Program-made: the position numbers and the translations under genes | Notes under the pieces: model-generated | Told to the model about the DNA's origin: nothing | Databases searched by the model: none | Seen by the model: only the letters and a program-made list of their open reading frames with translations | Part shown: in pieces, positions 37,113 through 46,321 of the stretch | How positions within the stretch are numbered: position 1 is the first letter of the stretch | Layout: each line of letters opens with the position of its first letter | DNA from: Candidatus Micrarchaeota archaeon | GTDB taxonomy: Archaea; Micrarchaeota; Micrarchaeia; Micrarchaeales; CABMGC01 | Reading direction: 5' to 3' | Assembly (NCBI GenBank): GCA_021797995.1 | Contig: JAJZYR010000005.1 | Span: forward strand, 1 to 50,601 | Length of the DNA: 50,601 nt

Positions 37113-38417
37113 TTACTCGCCTCCCTCTCTGGCCTCTGCCGCGCGCGCGTGCGCCTCAAGCCCCTCCATGCGCGCGAGGGTGCTGGAGATTCCGGCCAGC
37201 CTCGATTGCGAACCTGCACAGAGCTCGTCTACGTACATCCACTTGCCGAACGACTGCACGTTTACCCCTCCCCACGCCCTCGACGCAGAACCCGTAGGCA
37301 ATATGTGGTTTCCGCCGCTCATCCCGTAATCGCAGAACGCCTCTGCTGTGTTGATGAACACGGCTCCTGCATTCCGCACTAACGGTACCGTTGTTTTTGC
37401 GTCCTTGATAAGAAGCTCGAGGTGCTCCGGTGCAAGCCTGTTCGCTGCCTCGACGGCCTGCTTCACTGATCCGGCGATGAAGATTCTGCCCCACTTCGGG
37501 ATGGATTCCCTTGCCTGGTTTCCCGGGGGGAGGGATGCAAGCTGCCTGTCCAACTGCAACGCCACCTGGTCCGCCACCCTTTCAGATGTACATATGCATA
37601 CCGCAGCGCTGTCGGGCCCGTGCTCAGCCTGTGCGAGCATGTCCGCCGCTGCAAAAGCCGGAGGTGAAGACCCGTCAGCAATAACAAGAACCTCGGAAGG
37701 CCCTGCAGGCACGTCTATCCTAACCGTGCTTCTGCTGGATATCTCCTGTTTTGCGGCACTGACGTAGGCATTCCCAGGCCCGCATATCATGTCGACTCCG
37801 GGAAACATGCCACTGAGACCGAATGCCATCGCCGCAATGGCCTGGGCCCCGCCTACTTTGTACACCTTCTTTATGCCGCATATCCTTGCCGCGGACAGGA
37901 TGCGCGGGTCCGCTCCCTCCTGCCCCTTAGCAGGCGTGCACACGATGATATCGCCGACCCCTGCAGCCTTGGCTGGTATCGCAGCCATGAAGAGCGATGA
38001 GAAGAGGGGTGCTCTCCCTGCTGGCACGTAGATCCCAACTCTCTCTACGGGAATGAAGGCCAAGGTGGTCGCTCCGTCTTTTGTTTTCTGCCTTACCGCG
38101 CTTATTGCCGCCTTCTGCGCTGCTGCAAACGACCCGATCCTGTCCCTCATTTCGCACATTGCCGCCTTCTCCCTCCGGGAGACGCGCGCCCATGCCTCGC
38201 TAAACTCTCTTGGCGATGCGGCAAGCCTTTCCCTCCTTATGTCAGCACGGTCAAACCTCCTCGTGTACTCCCTGACCGCGGCAAACCCTCTCCTTTCCAC
38301 ATCGTCGACTATCCCTGAAACCAGGGTGCTGACCGCAGACCCTGCCTTTCGCCTCGATTCTGCATATCCAGAAATAGCGGTGCCTGTAAGTCTCTCAGGA
38401 GTTACTGCTTGGGGCAT
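37113..38417 (-). CDS. hisD: histidinol dehydrogenase
   Basis: VG.YVPAG, GGAQAIAA.A.G, GPGNAYV, AGPSEV, QAEH, APEHLE, NHILPT. Confidence 0.95.
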   Translation of the reverse strand: MPQAVTPERLTGTAISGYAESRRKAGSAVSTLVSGIVDDVERRGFAAVREYTRRFDRADIRRERLAASPREFSEAWARVSRREKAAMCEMRDRIGSFAAAQKAAISAVRQKTKDGATTLAFIPVERVGIYVPAGRAPLFSSLFMAAIPAKAAGVGDIIVCTPAKGQEGADPRILSAARICGIKKVYKVGGAQAIAAMAFGLSGMFPGVDMICGPGNAYVSAAKQEISSRSTVRIDVPAGPSEVLVIADGSSPPAFAAADMLAQAEHGPDSAAVCICTSERVADQVALQLDRQLASLPPGNQARESIPKWGRIFIAGSVKQAVEAANRLAPEHLELLIKDAKTTVPLVRNAGAVFINTAEAFCDYGMSGGNHILPTGSASRAWGGVNVQSFGKWMYVDELCAGSQSRLAGISSTLARMEGLEAHARAAEAREGGE

Positions 38418-38525
38418 GAAGGCCGTCACTCTTGCCCTTTGATAACGACATCAATATCACCTATAGCAGTATACTGTAAACCGGCTGCTATTTATACATA
38501 TCCGGATACCTTTATAAATCCCACT

Positions 38526-38924
38526 TTAATCCCACCGTATGGACGTTACCCTGGCTCCGGCCTTCCTCAGTGCGGGGCTTATCCTGCCGATCCGGACCTT
38601 GCCGGGACTGCACTCGACCTCCCATATGGCAGTCTCGCCCCTGCGTGCGGAGTGCGACTGGGTCGAGACCAGATCCACGCCGAGCCTTGCAAGCACAGTT
38701 GCAGCCCTTGCCAGGTTGCCGGGCGAGTCCCCAAGGGCAACTTCGATCCTCAGCAGTTTCCTCTCGCGGGCAGGCTCGACCGTCATGGACCTATTCTTCA
38801 CATCGGGCGTCAGTATTACTGCCTCGCCTTCCTTCATCCCCATCGCGTCCCTCAGCGACTGCGGGATCAGGAGCCTGCCCTTCTTGTCTATGTGCGAAAT
38901 GTTCTTTCCGGCCATCCATGTCAC
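38526..38924 (-). CDS. AbrB/MraZ-like DNA-binding domain fused to an ACT domain
   Basis: IDKKGRLLIP..LR.A.G (AbrB-like); D.PG.LAR...LA..GVDL (ACT). Confidence 0.75.
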   Translation of the reverse strand: MTWMAGKNISHIDKKGRLLIPQSLRDAMGMKEGEAVILTPDVKNRSMTVEPARERKLLRIEVALGDSPGNLARAATVLARLGVDLVSTQSHSARRGETAIWEVECSPGKVRIGRISPALRKAGARVTSIRWD

Positions 38925-38939
38925 AGTGTTTGACGAGAC

Positions 38940-39012
38940 TGCGAACGCCGGGATTCGGACCCGGGTTCTTGCCTTGGCAAGGCAAAGTCCTACCAGGCTA
39001 GACTACGTTCGC
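38940..39012 (-). tRNA. tRNA-Gly(GCC)
   Basis: Acceptor GCGAACG/CGTTCGC, anticodon arm TTGCC-TTGCCAA-GGCAA, T arm CCGGG-TCCGAAT-CCCGG. Confidence 0.92.
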
Positions 39013-39291
39013 GCGTTCTGATGCTGTGCTTGCCCTTGTTGCCACGCCCATTTGCCGCAGACGTCGGCAGGCAAGTACGGCTGACTTTCCGTGCACCGCG
39101 TTCGGTGCCGCATTAGCCGATTACTTCGGAGCAGCACGACATGGCTGCTTCGGTTCTGGCATATTCATATGCATCATTGCTTTTATCTATATTGCGGTTC
39201 TCCGTGCCTTGCCCGCAAGTCAGCGTTGTGGGCAGAGCCAGGCTTATGGGCAGGGCCTGGCTCCTGAAGGCATGGTGGAACCGACCTCCAG

Positions 39292-39909
39292 TTACGCTCT
39301 TGTTACCGCAGTTTCGCGGCGTTCGCCTTCGCGCATGCCGATGCCTCTATCCCCGTTAAGGACGTTGAGGGCGTGGATGTACTCATTTGCCTCCCTTCTG
39401 GTCTCCCTTATCATTTCTTCGTAGAAGGTGTTGTTCGGATACTTGTATACCTCTTTCTCCAGGCGCAGCAGCTCGTGCCTCGCCTTCTCGAGATTTCCGG
39501 AGAGCTGTACGCCGAGGTCGGGGCTTTCCCTGAGCAGGCTGAGGGCTTCGGCTTTCAGGCGCCTGTTACGCAGCAGTGCAACCTTCTGCTGGAATGATCC
39601 CGACTTGGCAATCTCCATCTGTTCGCTCTTCAGCAGCCTCGAGCGCGCTATCTTTCCGGAGTCTTCCATGCGGCTGCTCCTTCTGGCATCCCTGATCTCC
39701 TTCCCTAATTTGTATGCGACTCCGGCCCCCACAATAAAGAGATCGCGGTCGTCCCTGAGTGTGCCTGCCAGAATAATTTCTATCCCTATCGCTGATGCCG
39801 CCCCCGCCGCTGCACCGATGACATACGGACGCATCCGCTTTGTACGGTCGTGCCATTTTCCGCCATCCGCTGCCGGAGGGCGCCTGGCAAACCTCGCCCC
39901 TTCTTCCAT
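39292..39909 (-). CDS. hypothetical protein with an N-terminal hydrophobic segment
   Basis: 205-aa ORF with GGAGGTG SD; same strand as the rib genes; no family recognised. Confidence 0.55.
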   Translation of the reverse strand: MEEGARFARRPPAADGGKWHDRTKRMRPYVIGAAAGAASAIGIEIILAGTLRDDRDLFIVGAGVAYKLGKEIRDARRSSRMEDSGKIARSRLLKSEQMEIAKSGSFQQKVALLRNRRLKAEALSLLRESPDLGVQLSGNLEKARHELLRLEKEVYKYPNNTFYEEMIRETRREANEYIHALNVLNGDRGIGMREGERRETAVTRA

Positions 39910-39949
39910 TTCCCCACCTCCACGTAATACAGCATTGGACTGGGTATAT

Positions 39950-40390
39950 TTACGCCTTTTCTACGAACCGACGTCGTACCGGCATCCGTGCCGGCACGCG
40001 AACCCTGACGTTTGAGCCGTCGTGGAGCGAGAGGTTTGTGCGCAGCCTCTCCTTGGATATTATTTCGGCGACATCCACGCGCCGGGATAGCTCCGGAACG
40101 ATAACCGCGCACCTGATTCCGGAAAGCTCGGCGCGGTAGCACATCACATTGCCGAAGCTCCTGCCCTGTTTCCTGAAGCCCTTGACCAGTATGCCCCTCC
40201 TTTTCTTCAGAAGGGCGAATTTCTTGAGGTCTGCACCTGAGAGCCTGATGTTTAGGGTGCCGGAATACGGCGCTATTCCCAGTTTGTCGATAAACTGGAT
40301 TCTGTAGCGCCGCTGCCGCATGTAGTGCCTGCCGCTGCCGGTGCCTGATGCCACGGTTCCGGAAAGGATAATCGATGCTTTGCCTTGCAT
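39950..40390 (-). CDS. ribK: CTP-dependent riboflavin kinase (archaeal)
   Basis: G.VASG.G.G..Y, LG..PY.GTLN, R.FG.V, EIIS...LR. Confidence 0.9.
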   Translation of the reverse strand: MQGKASIILSGTVASGTGSGRHYMRQRRYRIQFIDKLGIAPYSGTLNIRLSGADLKKFALLKKRRGILVKGFRKQGRSFGNVMCYRAELSGIRCAVIVPELSRRVDVAEIISKERLRTNLSLHDGSNVRVRVPARMPVRRRFVEKA

Positions 40391-40408
40391 GCTGGCACCA
40401 GGAACCGG

Positions 40409-40831
40409 CTATATCCTGCCGAGTTCGCGCAGCATCCTGACTACTGCAGATACGCTGCGTATTGCGTATTCCTCGGCGCGCCTGTCAGCCTGCCCTGGCG
40501 TGGCCCCCGGCCCTATTATGCCAAGGCCCACGGGCTTTCCGTATTTCAGCGATAGCCTGAGCAGCGCCGTTGCGACTGCGTGGCCTATGACCTCGTCGTG
40601 CATTGTCTCCCCTCTTATCACTGCGCCGACAGTCGCCACACCTTCGACGTCTTCCCTCTCGAGCAGTTTCTTCGCTGCCACGGGTATCTCGAACGCCCCC
40701 GGAACCGACACCTCTGCAACCACCTTTATGCCGTGCTTCTTCGCGTAGTCCCTCGCCGCCCCGAGCATCCTTGCCGTGATGCCCTCGTTGAACTCCGATC
40801 TTACTATGGCTATCGAAACCAAGATTATCAC
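40409..40831 (-). CDS. ribH: 6,7-dimethyl-8-ribityllumazine synthase
   Basis: SEFN..IT, VPGAFEIP, GAVIRGETMH, KPV.LGIIGPG. Confidence 0.93.
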   Translation of the reverse strand: MIILVSIAIVRSEFNEGITARMLGAARDYAKKHGIKVVAEVSVPGAFEIPVAAKKLLEREDVEGVATVGAVIRGETMHDEVIGHAVATALLRLSLKYGKPVGLGIIGPGATPGQADRRAEEYAIRSVSAVVRMLRELGRI

Positions 40832-41295
40832 CTGCTGATACTGATACTGCCTGCGTCCTCGCGGCCCTGCCTCCTGCCAGTGCCGGCGCGCTGCTGCAGC
40901 ACCTTCTGGTCGAAGAGGAGCCAGAGGGCGTTCTGGGCATGCTTCCTTGCACGGTCCTCGCAGATCGAGGCGAGCTCTGTATCACTCTTTGCCTCGGCCA
41001 TGTGCACAAATACCTCGAGAATATGCTTGCATTCCGCCAGCTGCACAGCCTGGAGGCCGAGGCTTGCCTCGTGCGCGCACTGCGTGTCTATCGCTGCAGG
41101 ACCGACCATGCCGCATGCTATGACAATGCTGCAGCCCTTCCTGAACAGCATCTTGCATGCTACCGGCAGGTCCTTTATCCCAGGGACGGTATAGCGCTCT
41201 ATTTCGACAGGCGGCTTGCTGGAAGCAAGCACCTTGAGCACCACCGGCGCGTAATCGAACCTCGAGAAGGTTGTATCGGCAACTCCGACTTTCAT
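40828..41295 (-). CDS. ribC: archaeal riboflavin synthase
   Basis: GVADTTFSR, RYTVPGIKDLPVA.K, HI.EVFVH..E, G.GRRQG.ED.G. Confidence 0.93.
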   Translation of the reverse strand: MKVGVADTTFSRFDYAPVVLKVLASSKPPVEIERYTVPGIKDLPVACKMLFRKGCSIVIACGMVGPAAIDTQCAHEASLGLQAVQLAECKHILEVFVHMAEAKSDTELASICEDRARKHAQNALWLLFDQKVLQQRAGTGRRQGREDAGSISISR

Positions 41296-41418
41296 GGCCT
41301 CAAATCCGGCGCGGGCCGGGAAGGCAGCCTCGCCGCCTATAACATTGCCTTTTGTGTTTATACGTCTTTCTTCAATTGAACTGACAGGAGTTATAATGAT
41401 TCTGTTGCATTACATATC

Positions 41419-41925
41419 ATGCACGGCGATGAACCAACGGTTATGAGGATAGGAGAGGGCAGGGACATCCACAGGCTCGTGGCAGGCAGGAAGCTTGTCC
41501 TGGGCGGGGTGGAAATACCATATGAAAAGGGGCTTGAGGGATGGAGCGATGCCGACGTGCTAGTGCATGCGGTAGTCGACGCCCTGCTGGGCGCTGCAGG
41601 CCTCGGCGACATAGGAACACACTTCCCTGCCGGAGATGCACGGTTCAAGAACGTGCCGAGCACCGTCTTCCTTGAGGAGACGGCAAGGAAGCTTAAGGAG
41701 CTTGGCTGGGGCATAGTTAACATAGACGCGACCATAATGGCCGAGAGGCCGAAGCTCAGGCCTTTCATTGATGAGATGAAGGAGGAGATAGGCAGGGCGC
41801 TTGCAGTGCCTGCTGAATGCATAAACATCAAGGCAGGGACTGCCGAGGGTATGGGGTATGTAGGCAGGGGGGAGGGCATGGAGGCGCATGCGGTCTCGCT
41901 GATACGGAAGCTCGGGCCTGGCTAA
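41419..41925 (+). CDS. ispF: 2-C-methyl-D-erythritol 2,4-cyclodiphosphate synthase
   Basis: MRIG.G.DIH, LVLGGV.IP, SDADVLVHA..DALLGAA..GDIG.HFP, NID.T, NIKA.T.E. Confidence 0.93.
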   Translation: MHGDEPTVMRIGEGRDIHRLVAGRKLVLGGVEIPYEKGLEGWSDADVLVHAVVDALLGAAGLGDIGTHFPAGDARFKNVPSTVFLEETARKLKELGWGIVNIDATIMAERPKLRPFIDEMKEEIGRALAVPAECINIKAGTAEGMGYVGRGEGMEAHAVSLIRKLGPG

Positions 41926-42686
41926 GCTTTCTGCTCCTGCCTTTGCTGCTTCCTGCGCTGCCACAGTGCTGCAGCAACGCTGATGTCTGTCGGCATTGTT
42001 ATCTTTATGTTGTCGTATGAGCCCGTGAAGAGCTTTACTCTGCTTCCAAGCCTCTCCGCCATCGATGCATCATCGGTAACGTCGTCCGTGATGGTCGCGT
42101 GCGCCTTTTTCAGAAGCTCCGTGTCGAATATCTGCGGCGTCTGCACTGCCCAGAGCTTGTGCCTTGGGATGGTACTTGCCACTGTTCCGTCATCGTGTGC
42201 CATCTTTATTGTGTCGATGACAGGCACTGCCGCTATTGCCACCCCTGTCTCTGCTACGGCGCCTATGGCTGCTTCCATCATCTCCTGGGTGACGAAAGGC
42301 CTGGCTGCGTCGTGGACGATTACATAGTCGCAGCCCCCAAGAGCGCTGAGGCCCGCCGCTACGGAGTCCTGCCTCCTCTTCCCGCCTGTGCATACCTTCT
42401 TCACTTTTGAAAACCCTTCCCTTGAGATGATCGCGGCGTACTCGCTGGCTCTTGCCTTGCTGGCCACGAGTATTACGTGGTCTATGCTTCCGCAGTCCTC
42501 AAATGCCTGGAGAGTCCTTGACAGGACGGTCCTGCCGCACAGGTCAAGGGTAAGCTTGTCGGTCCCTCCCATACGGGTGCTGCTCCCTCCGGCGACAATT
42601 ATGGCTGCGACCTTCTTCCCTGCTCTAGTGGCTTCCATGGATGTCTGATGGGCAGAACTCGAATATATACCTTTTTTCCTATTCAA
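41922..42686 (-). CDS. ispD: 2-C-methyl-D-erythritol 4-phosphate cytidylyltransferase
   Basis: AGG.S.RMG..DK, GG.RRQDSV..GL, VHDAARPF, DTIK, VQTPQ.F, TDDAS, NIKIT.P.D. Confidence 0.92.
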   Translation of the reverse strand: MNRKKGIYSSSAHQTSMEATRAGKKVAAIIVAGGSSTRMGGTDKLTLDLCGRTVLSRTLQAFEDCGSIDHVILVASKARASEYAAIISREGFSKVKKVCTGGKRRQDSVAAGLSALGGCDYVIVHDAARPFVTQEMMEAAIGAVAETGVAIAAVPVIDTIKMAHDDGTVASTIPRHKLWAVQTPQIFDTELLKKAHATITDDVTDDASMAERLGSRVKLFTGSYDNIKITMPTDISVAAALWQRRKQQRQEQKA

Positions 42687-43566
42687 CAGGAGACGAAGTG
42701 GCGGTTTCGGTCAGTATGCACCTGATCCCGCAGTCGCTGAGCTTTTTGAGCAGCGCCTCGGCCTCCAGGCGGGTCTCCGCCATGGAGAACAGAGTGGGGC
42801 CGGCTCCGCAGAGGTGGACCGCGTCTGCCCCGGCCTCGCGGACCCTTTTCATGTACTCTCCGATGCCGCGATAGCACGCCGGAGCCACATTCTCGAATAC
42901 GTTGACTATGTCGGCCGCCCTTACGCCTTCGTGGTTCTTTATGCGCACGGAGAGTGCGTCGGTCGCAGAGCCGTCTGTATAATCAGACCGGCTAAGCGCA
43001 GCATAGAGGCTGGCGGTCTTCCTTTCAGGAACTTCGACTTTTGGAAAGATCAATAGGACTGGTGTGGGCCTGATGCCTGGAAGCGGGGTCATGATTTCCC
43101 CCTTCCCTGAAACCAGGGCCGTACCGCGGTAGAGGAAATATGGCACATCGGATCCGAGGGATGCGGCGAGGTTATGGATGTCCGGGCGGCTGAGGCCGAG
43201 CTGCCAGAGCCTGTTGAGGCCAAGAAGTACGGCAAGCGCGCAGCTGCTATCCCCTCCTAGGCCCGATGAGAGCGGTATGCGCTTCTTGATGGATATCCTT
43301 GCGCCTTTGGTACAGCCTGTCGTATGGTACAGCAGTTCCGCCGCCTTTGACACAAGGCTCCTGCGCCAGTCGAACTCCCCGCTGTCGGCATCGAATGAAA
43401 CATGCGCTGAGGCATCGGAACGGAATGTAAGCGTGTCGCAGAATGCAAGGGATTGCAGTATGCTCCGCAGCTCGTGGAAGCCGTCTGGCCTGTCTGAGAG
43501 GACTTCCAGCGTCAGATTAACCTTTGCAGGGGCGCTGATGCTGAATTCCGCCCGGTCCGTGCCCAT
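42679..43566 (-). CDS. ispE: 4-diphosphocytidyl-2-C-methyl-D-erythritol kinase
   Basis: APAKVNL.LEV...RPDGFHEL, KRIP..SGLGGDSS, LGSDVP.F, G.GE, L.G.GPT. Confidence 0.92.
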   Translation of the reverse strand: MGTDRAEFSISAPAKVNLTLEVLSDRPDGFHELRSILQSLAFCDTLTFRSDASAHVSFDADSGEFDWRRSLVSKAAELLYHTTGCTKGARISIKKRIPLSSGLGGDSSCALAVLLGLNRLWQLGLSRPDIHNLAASLGSDVPYFLYRGTALVSGKGEIMTPLPGIRPTPVLLIFPKVEVPERKTASLYAALSRSDYTDGSATDALSVRIKNHEGVRAADIVNVFENVAPACYRGIGEYMKRVREAGADAVHLCGAGPTLFSMAETRLEAEALLKKLSDCGIRCILTETATSSPVE

Positions 43567-43706
43567 GATATGCTTTATCTCCTGTTATTTATAAAATAAA
43601 GTGTTAGGGCGCACGGCTCTTGGCCGCAGGATATGCACAATAGCAATGATGCAGGCGCACGCGCACCGGCAAGCTGGGTCGTATAGCAGATTATAGTGGT
43701 TGTGGT

Positions 43707-43780
43707 TGCCGCAGGTCGGATTTGAACCGACGACATTCCGGTCTTCAGCCGGACACTCTCCCGAGCTGAGTTACTGCGGC
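43707..43780 (-). tRNA. tRNA-Phe(GAA)
   Basis: Acceptor GCCGCAG/CTGCGGC, anticodon arm TCCGG-CTGAAGA-CCGGA, T arm GTCGG-TTCAAAT-CCGAC. Confidence 0.95.
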
Positions 43781-43918
43781 ACGATGGATAGGCGCCTTTT
43801 TGATGCTGCCCGTGTTTTGTTTTGCATGTATAGTTGGCAGCACAACGACCGGGCCAAGACGAGCGGCCTGCTTCCGGTGTGGGATAGTTGCATGGAAAGT
43901 ATATAAATATAGATACAA

Positions 43919-44110
43919 GTGGCTCCTCCAACTATTGGAGCCGATGGCCTCCCTGCATTTGCAGGGTATGCTCTCCTCTCTTTGGCACCGCTTGCGCCCT
44001 CTGTCGGAATGCAGAGGCAACCATCTCTCTGCACGTAGATGCCATCATGGCGCCAGTTCGGGCAAGCCCTGATGGTCCCTGTTGGCTCCGGTCAGCGTGG
44101 TAGCAGGCTC
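43919..44110. ncRNA. candidate structured non-coding element
   Basis: Serial hairpins GGCTCC/GGAGCC, CCCTGCA/TGCAGGG, CCTCTG/CAGAGG, CCATCA/TGATGG between AT-rich promoter-like tracts; no credible ORF. Confidence 0.25.
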
Positions 44111-44223
44111 GCTAAAAACGTAGTAAAACCTTTTAAGTCATTTCGGCAGATATAATAGCAAAGGCATGTATATGTTAGAGTCAAATCGCAGCGCGCCGTG
44201 AACATATATATTACAAACGCATC

Positions 44224-45633
44224 TCAGCTATGCTTCATATATTCCTGCTTTTCAGGGGCAGGCTCTCCGAACTCCCTTGACAGCGTAGCGCTCTGGCTGG
44301 CATACGCATTGTCGAATCTCCTGAAGCATAATGACCCAAGCAGCGTTTCCGTTATTACTGCATGATAGACGAGTATGCCACTTGTTTCTTTTATCTTCTT
44401 CTCTGCCATCCCGATATCTGTATCATGGAATACAGGCATGAGGAGGAAGGCTCCGAAAGGGGTATGCACGTCTCCTACCAGTGCGTATTTGTTTGGAGGC
44501 GTACTTGTCTCGCTTACTATTTCGTGCAGGAAAGTATTTCTTGTGCGGGTAAGAAGTCCGGGAATAACGACCGTGGTGGATATTACTGCCATGTATTTTA
44601 TAGGCAGCCTCTCCATGGTTATTGTAATCCTCTTCAGCAGCCCGCGTTCCAGGAGCTTATAATAAGAGTAATGCGCCCTCCCCTCGTCAAATCCGTATTT
44701 CTTATCGATCTCCGTAAATTCCGCCTTCCCGTCGTTATTTAGCTCTTTCAGCACGGTGGTCTCCCTCCTGAGGAGCTCCATTTTTCTCTGTGACGGCTCC
44801 TCTCCAAACAGCGGTTCCTTTATTCCGGATTTGCTCTCGAGCATTTTCACAAACGCGTCTCTCAGCGGCATAAAATTATAGGTTTCGTAGAACACTGCTA
44901 TGGTCCACTCGGCTTGGTACTCTGCTATTAGCGTGTTATTTATAATGCTGCGCAGAAGGTGGGTTAGCGTCTCTGCAGAATCATCGAGTACGTACATGAG
45001 CAATTGATATTTCCCTCCGCTGAGAAAGGCTGCATACTGTATCCTCGGATCCCTTTCTATGACGCCCTTTACCTCTTCTGCGGTCGGCACCTTCTCCAGG
45101 AATTTCGCCATCATTAGGAATTGGATATAACCAAGCTTCGTGACGTCTATCTCGGCAATATATCTTATCCCATACTGCCTCTCAAGGCGCTTTATCCTGC
45201 TGTTTACTGCAGACACACTCAGCCCGACCCTCTCTGCAATGAACGGAATCGTTGCCCTGCCATTCATGCTGAGTATGGTCAGAATCTTGCGGTCTGTCTC
45301 TTTAGGCGAGAGCAGTTTTGATGACGGTTCTTCCGTGTTCTCTTTCCGTTCCGGAATTATAACCGTGCCGCCTCGTGAAGCTATGATCTCCTTTGCATTC
45401 TCTAGCTCGTCGTCTTTCGATGCGACCTTCCTTATGAAGGCCCCATTCTCTGTTATCCGCCCAAGATATTCCGATACCGTCTTTATCCTCTTCTTCTCAG
45501 GGTCCCACGGCCGGCGGTCCCTGTAAATATAGTAGTGGCTGTTTATTCTCCTCAATACGATGTAGTCCGGGGGGCTGTAGCCCTTCTTTACCCTCTCCAG
45601 CACTTTTATCACATAGTCAGGTGCGGCTGACAT
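44224..45633 (-). CDS. tandem Lrp/AsnC-type wHTH-RAM protein with a transposase-like N-terminal extension
   Basis: DRKILTILSMNGR...IAERVGLS.SAV..RIKRLE..YIAEID..KLGY; second unit VLKELNNDGK..F.EI...YYKL.ERG.LKR; N-terminus YYIY...WDPEKKR.K..SEYLGRI. Confidence 0.8.
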   Translation of the reverse strand: MSAAPDYVIKVLERVKKGYSPPDYIVLRRINSHYYIYRDRRPWDPEKKRIKTVSEYLGRITENGAFIRKVASKDDELENAKEIIASRGGTVIIPERKENTEEPSSKLLSPKETDRKILTILSMNGRATIPFIAERVGLSVSAVNSRIKRLERQYGIRYIAEIDVTKLGYIQFLMMAKFLEKVPTAEEVKGVIERDPRIQYAAFLSGGKYQLLMYVLDDSAETLTHLLRSIINNTLIAEYQAEWTIAVFYETYNFMPLRDAFVKMLESKSGIKEPLFGEEPSQRKMELLRRETTVLKELNNDGKAEFTEIDKKYGFDEGRAHYSYYKLLERGLLKRITITMERLPIKYMAVISTTVVIPGLLTRTRNTFLHEIVSETSTPPNKYALVGDVHTPFGAFLLMPVFHDTDIGMAEKKIKETSGILVYHAVITETLLGSLCFRRFDNAYASQSATLSREFGEPAPEKQEYMKHS

Positions 45634-45805
45634 GTTTTGTTATTTATAACACATGTATATTTATATTCTTCGTTATGAATATCTGATTATAACATATACA
45701 GTTAGATTATAATATAATATGGGTCTGCACTTTTGTATTGACTACGGGGAAAGCGCCGGAGTTGTGCAAGGCATTTATTTATACAAGGCCGTTCATAATA
45801 TTACC

Positions 45806-45913
45806 GTGGGACAGGGGAGTGATGGGTTGAGCGAAGAACACTGTACGTCTTTTTTCTCGTGCAGATACCGACACCCCAACGTCGTAGATGCGGATCTGTC
45901 GCCTCTGTCCTGC
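45806..45913 (+). ncRNA. candidate structured ncRNA of about 110 nt, divergent from the Lrp-like gene
   Basis: TTTATTTATA about 25 nt upstream; closing helix GGGACAGGG/CTCTGTCCT; inner CTGTACG-10nt-CGTGCAG and TGGGTTG/CACCCCA. Confidence 0.35.
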
Positions 45914-45952
45914 AATTATATACGGGGCTCGCGCCTGTGAATCGGTGGAATC

Positions 45953-46094
45953 GATGGGAATAAGGGACATGCTATTCGGGAAGAGAAGGGTGGAGATATA
46001 CAGCACGCCTGACGACAAGAGGCCGGTGAAGCTGGTGCCTGACGGCCCAGACTCCTGGAGGGTCGTGTGGGCAGACGAACCTGCAGAGAAGTAA
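45953..46094 (+). CDS. small hypothetical protein (about 46 aa)
   Basis: MGIRDMLFGKRRVEIY...WADEPAEK*; GGTGG upstream and a TATA-like box at about 45916. Confidence 0.4.
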
Positions 46095-46111
46095 CACTGA
46101 TTGGTAGATAA

Positions 46112-46311
46112 ATGAAAGGGGATAGAATAAGGAGACGGCTCGACTACAGAATGATGGAGATAAGCCATGAGATCCTGTGGAGAAAGCCAAGCTTATTAAC
46201 AAGGTGAATGGCAGGATACCGTGCGAGATAGAATCGGCGAACGAGGTTGTGAGGAGGAACCTAAGGGCGAAGAGGGACAAGCTCGGCCACTTTCTGGAAC
46301 AGCAACTGTAA
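46112..46311 (+). pseudogene. frameshifted 3' remnant resembling GTP cyclohydrolase II (RibA)
   Basis: RRLDY....HEIL...LLT, then in a shifted frame RIPCEIESANEVVRRNLRAKRDKLGHFL*, like the RibA C-terminal K..KLGH.L. Confidence 0.5.
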
Positions 46312-46321
46312 GGTGAAGGGG

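Noticed and set aside
39052-39067. TTGCCGCAG-ac-GTCGG as an att copy of the tRNA-Phe 3' end
   Set aside because: Short, gapped match in GC-rich DNA with no integrase; could be chance.
39078-39119. RNase P or hammerhead ribozyme (GGAAAGTC and CTAATG on minus)
   Set aside because: Too short for RNase P, other conserved regions are absent, and the hammerhead CUGANGA core is not matched.
41298-41320. TCAAATCCGGCGCGGGCC as a tRNA 3' fragment
   Set aside because: No T-stem partner or acceptor pairing, and opposite orientation to the local tRNAs.
31500-43600. Many long antisense or alternate-frame ORFs over his, rib and isp genes
   Set aside because: Expected shadows of GC-rich coding DNA; no motifs and full overlap with confident genes.
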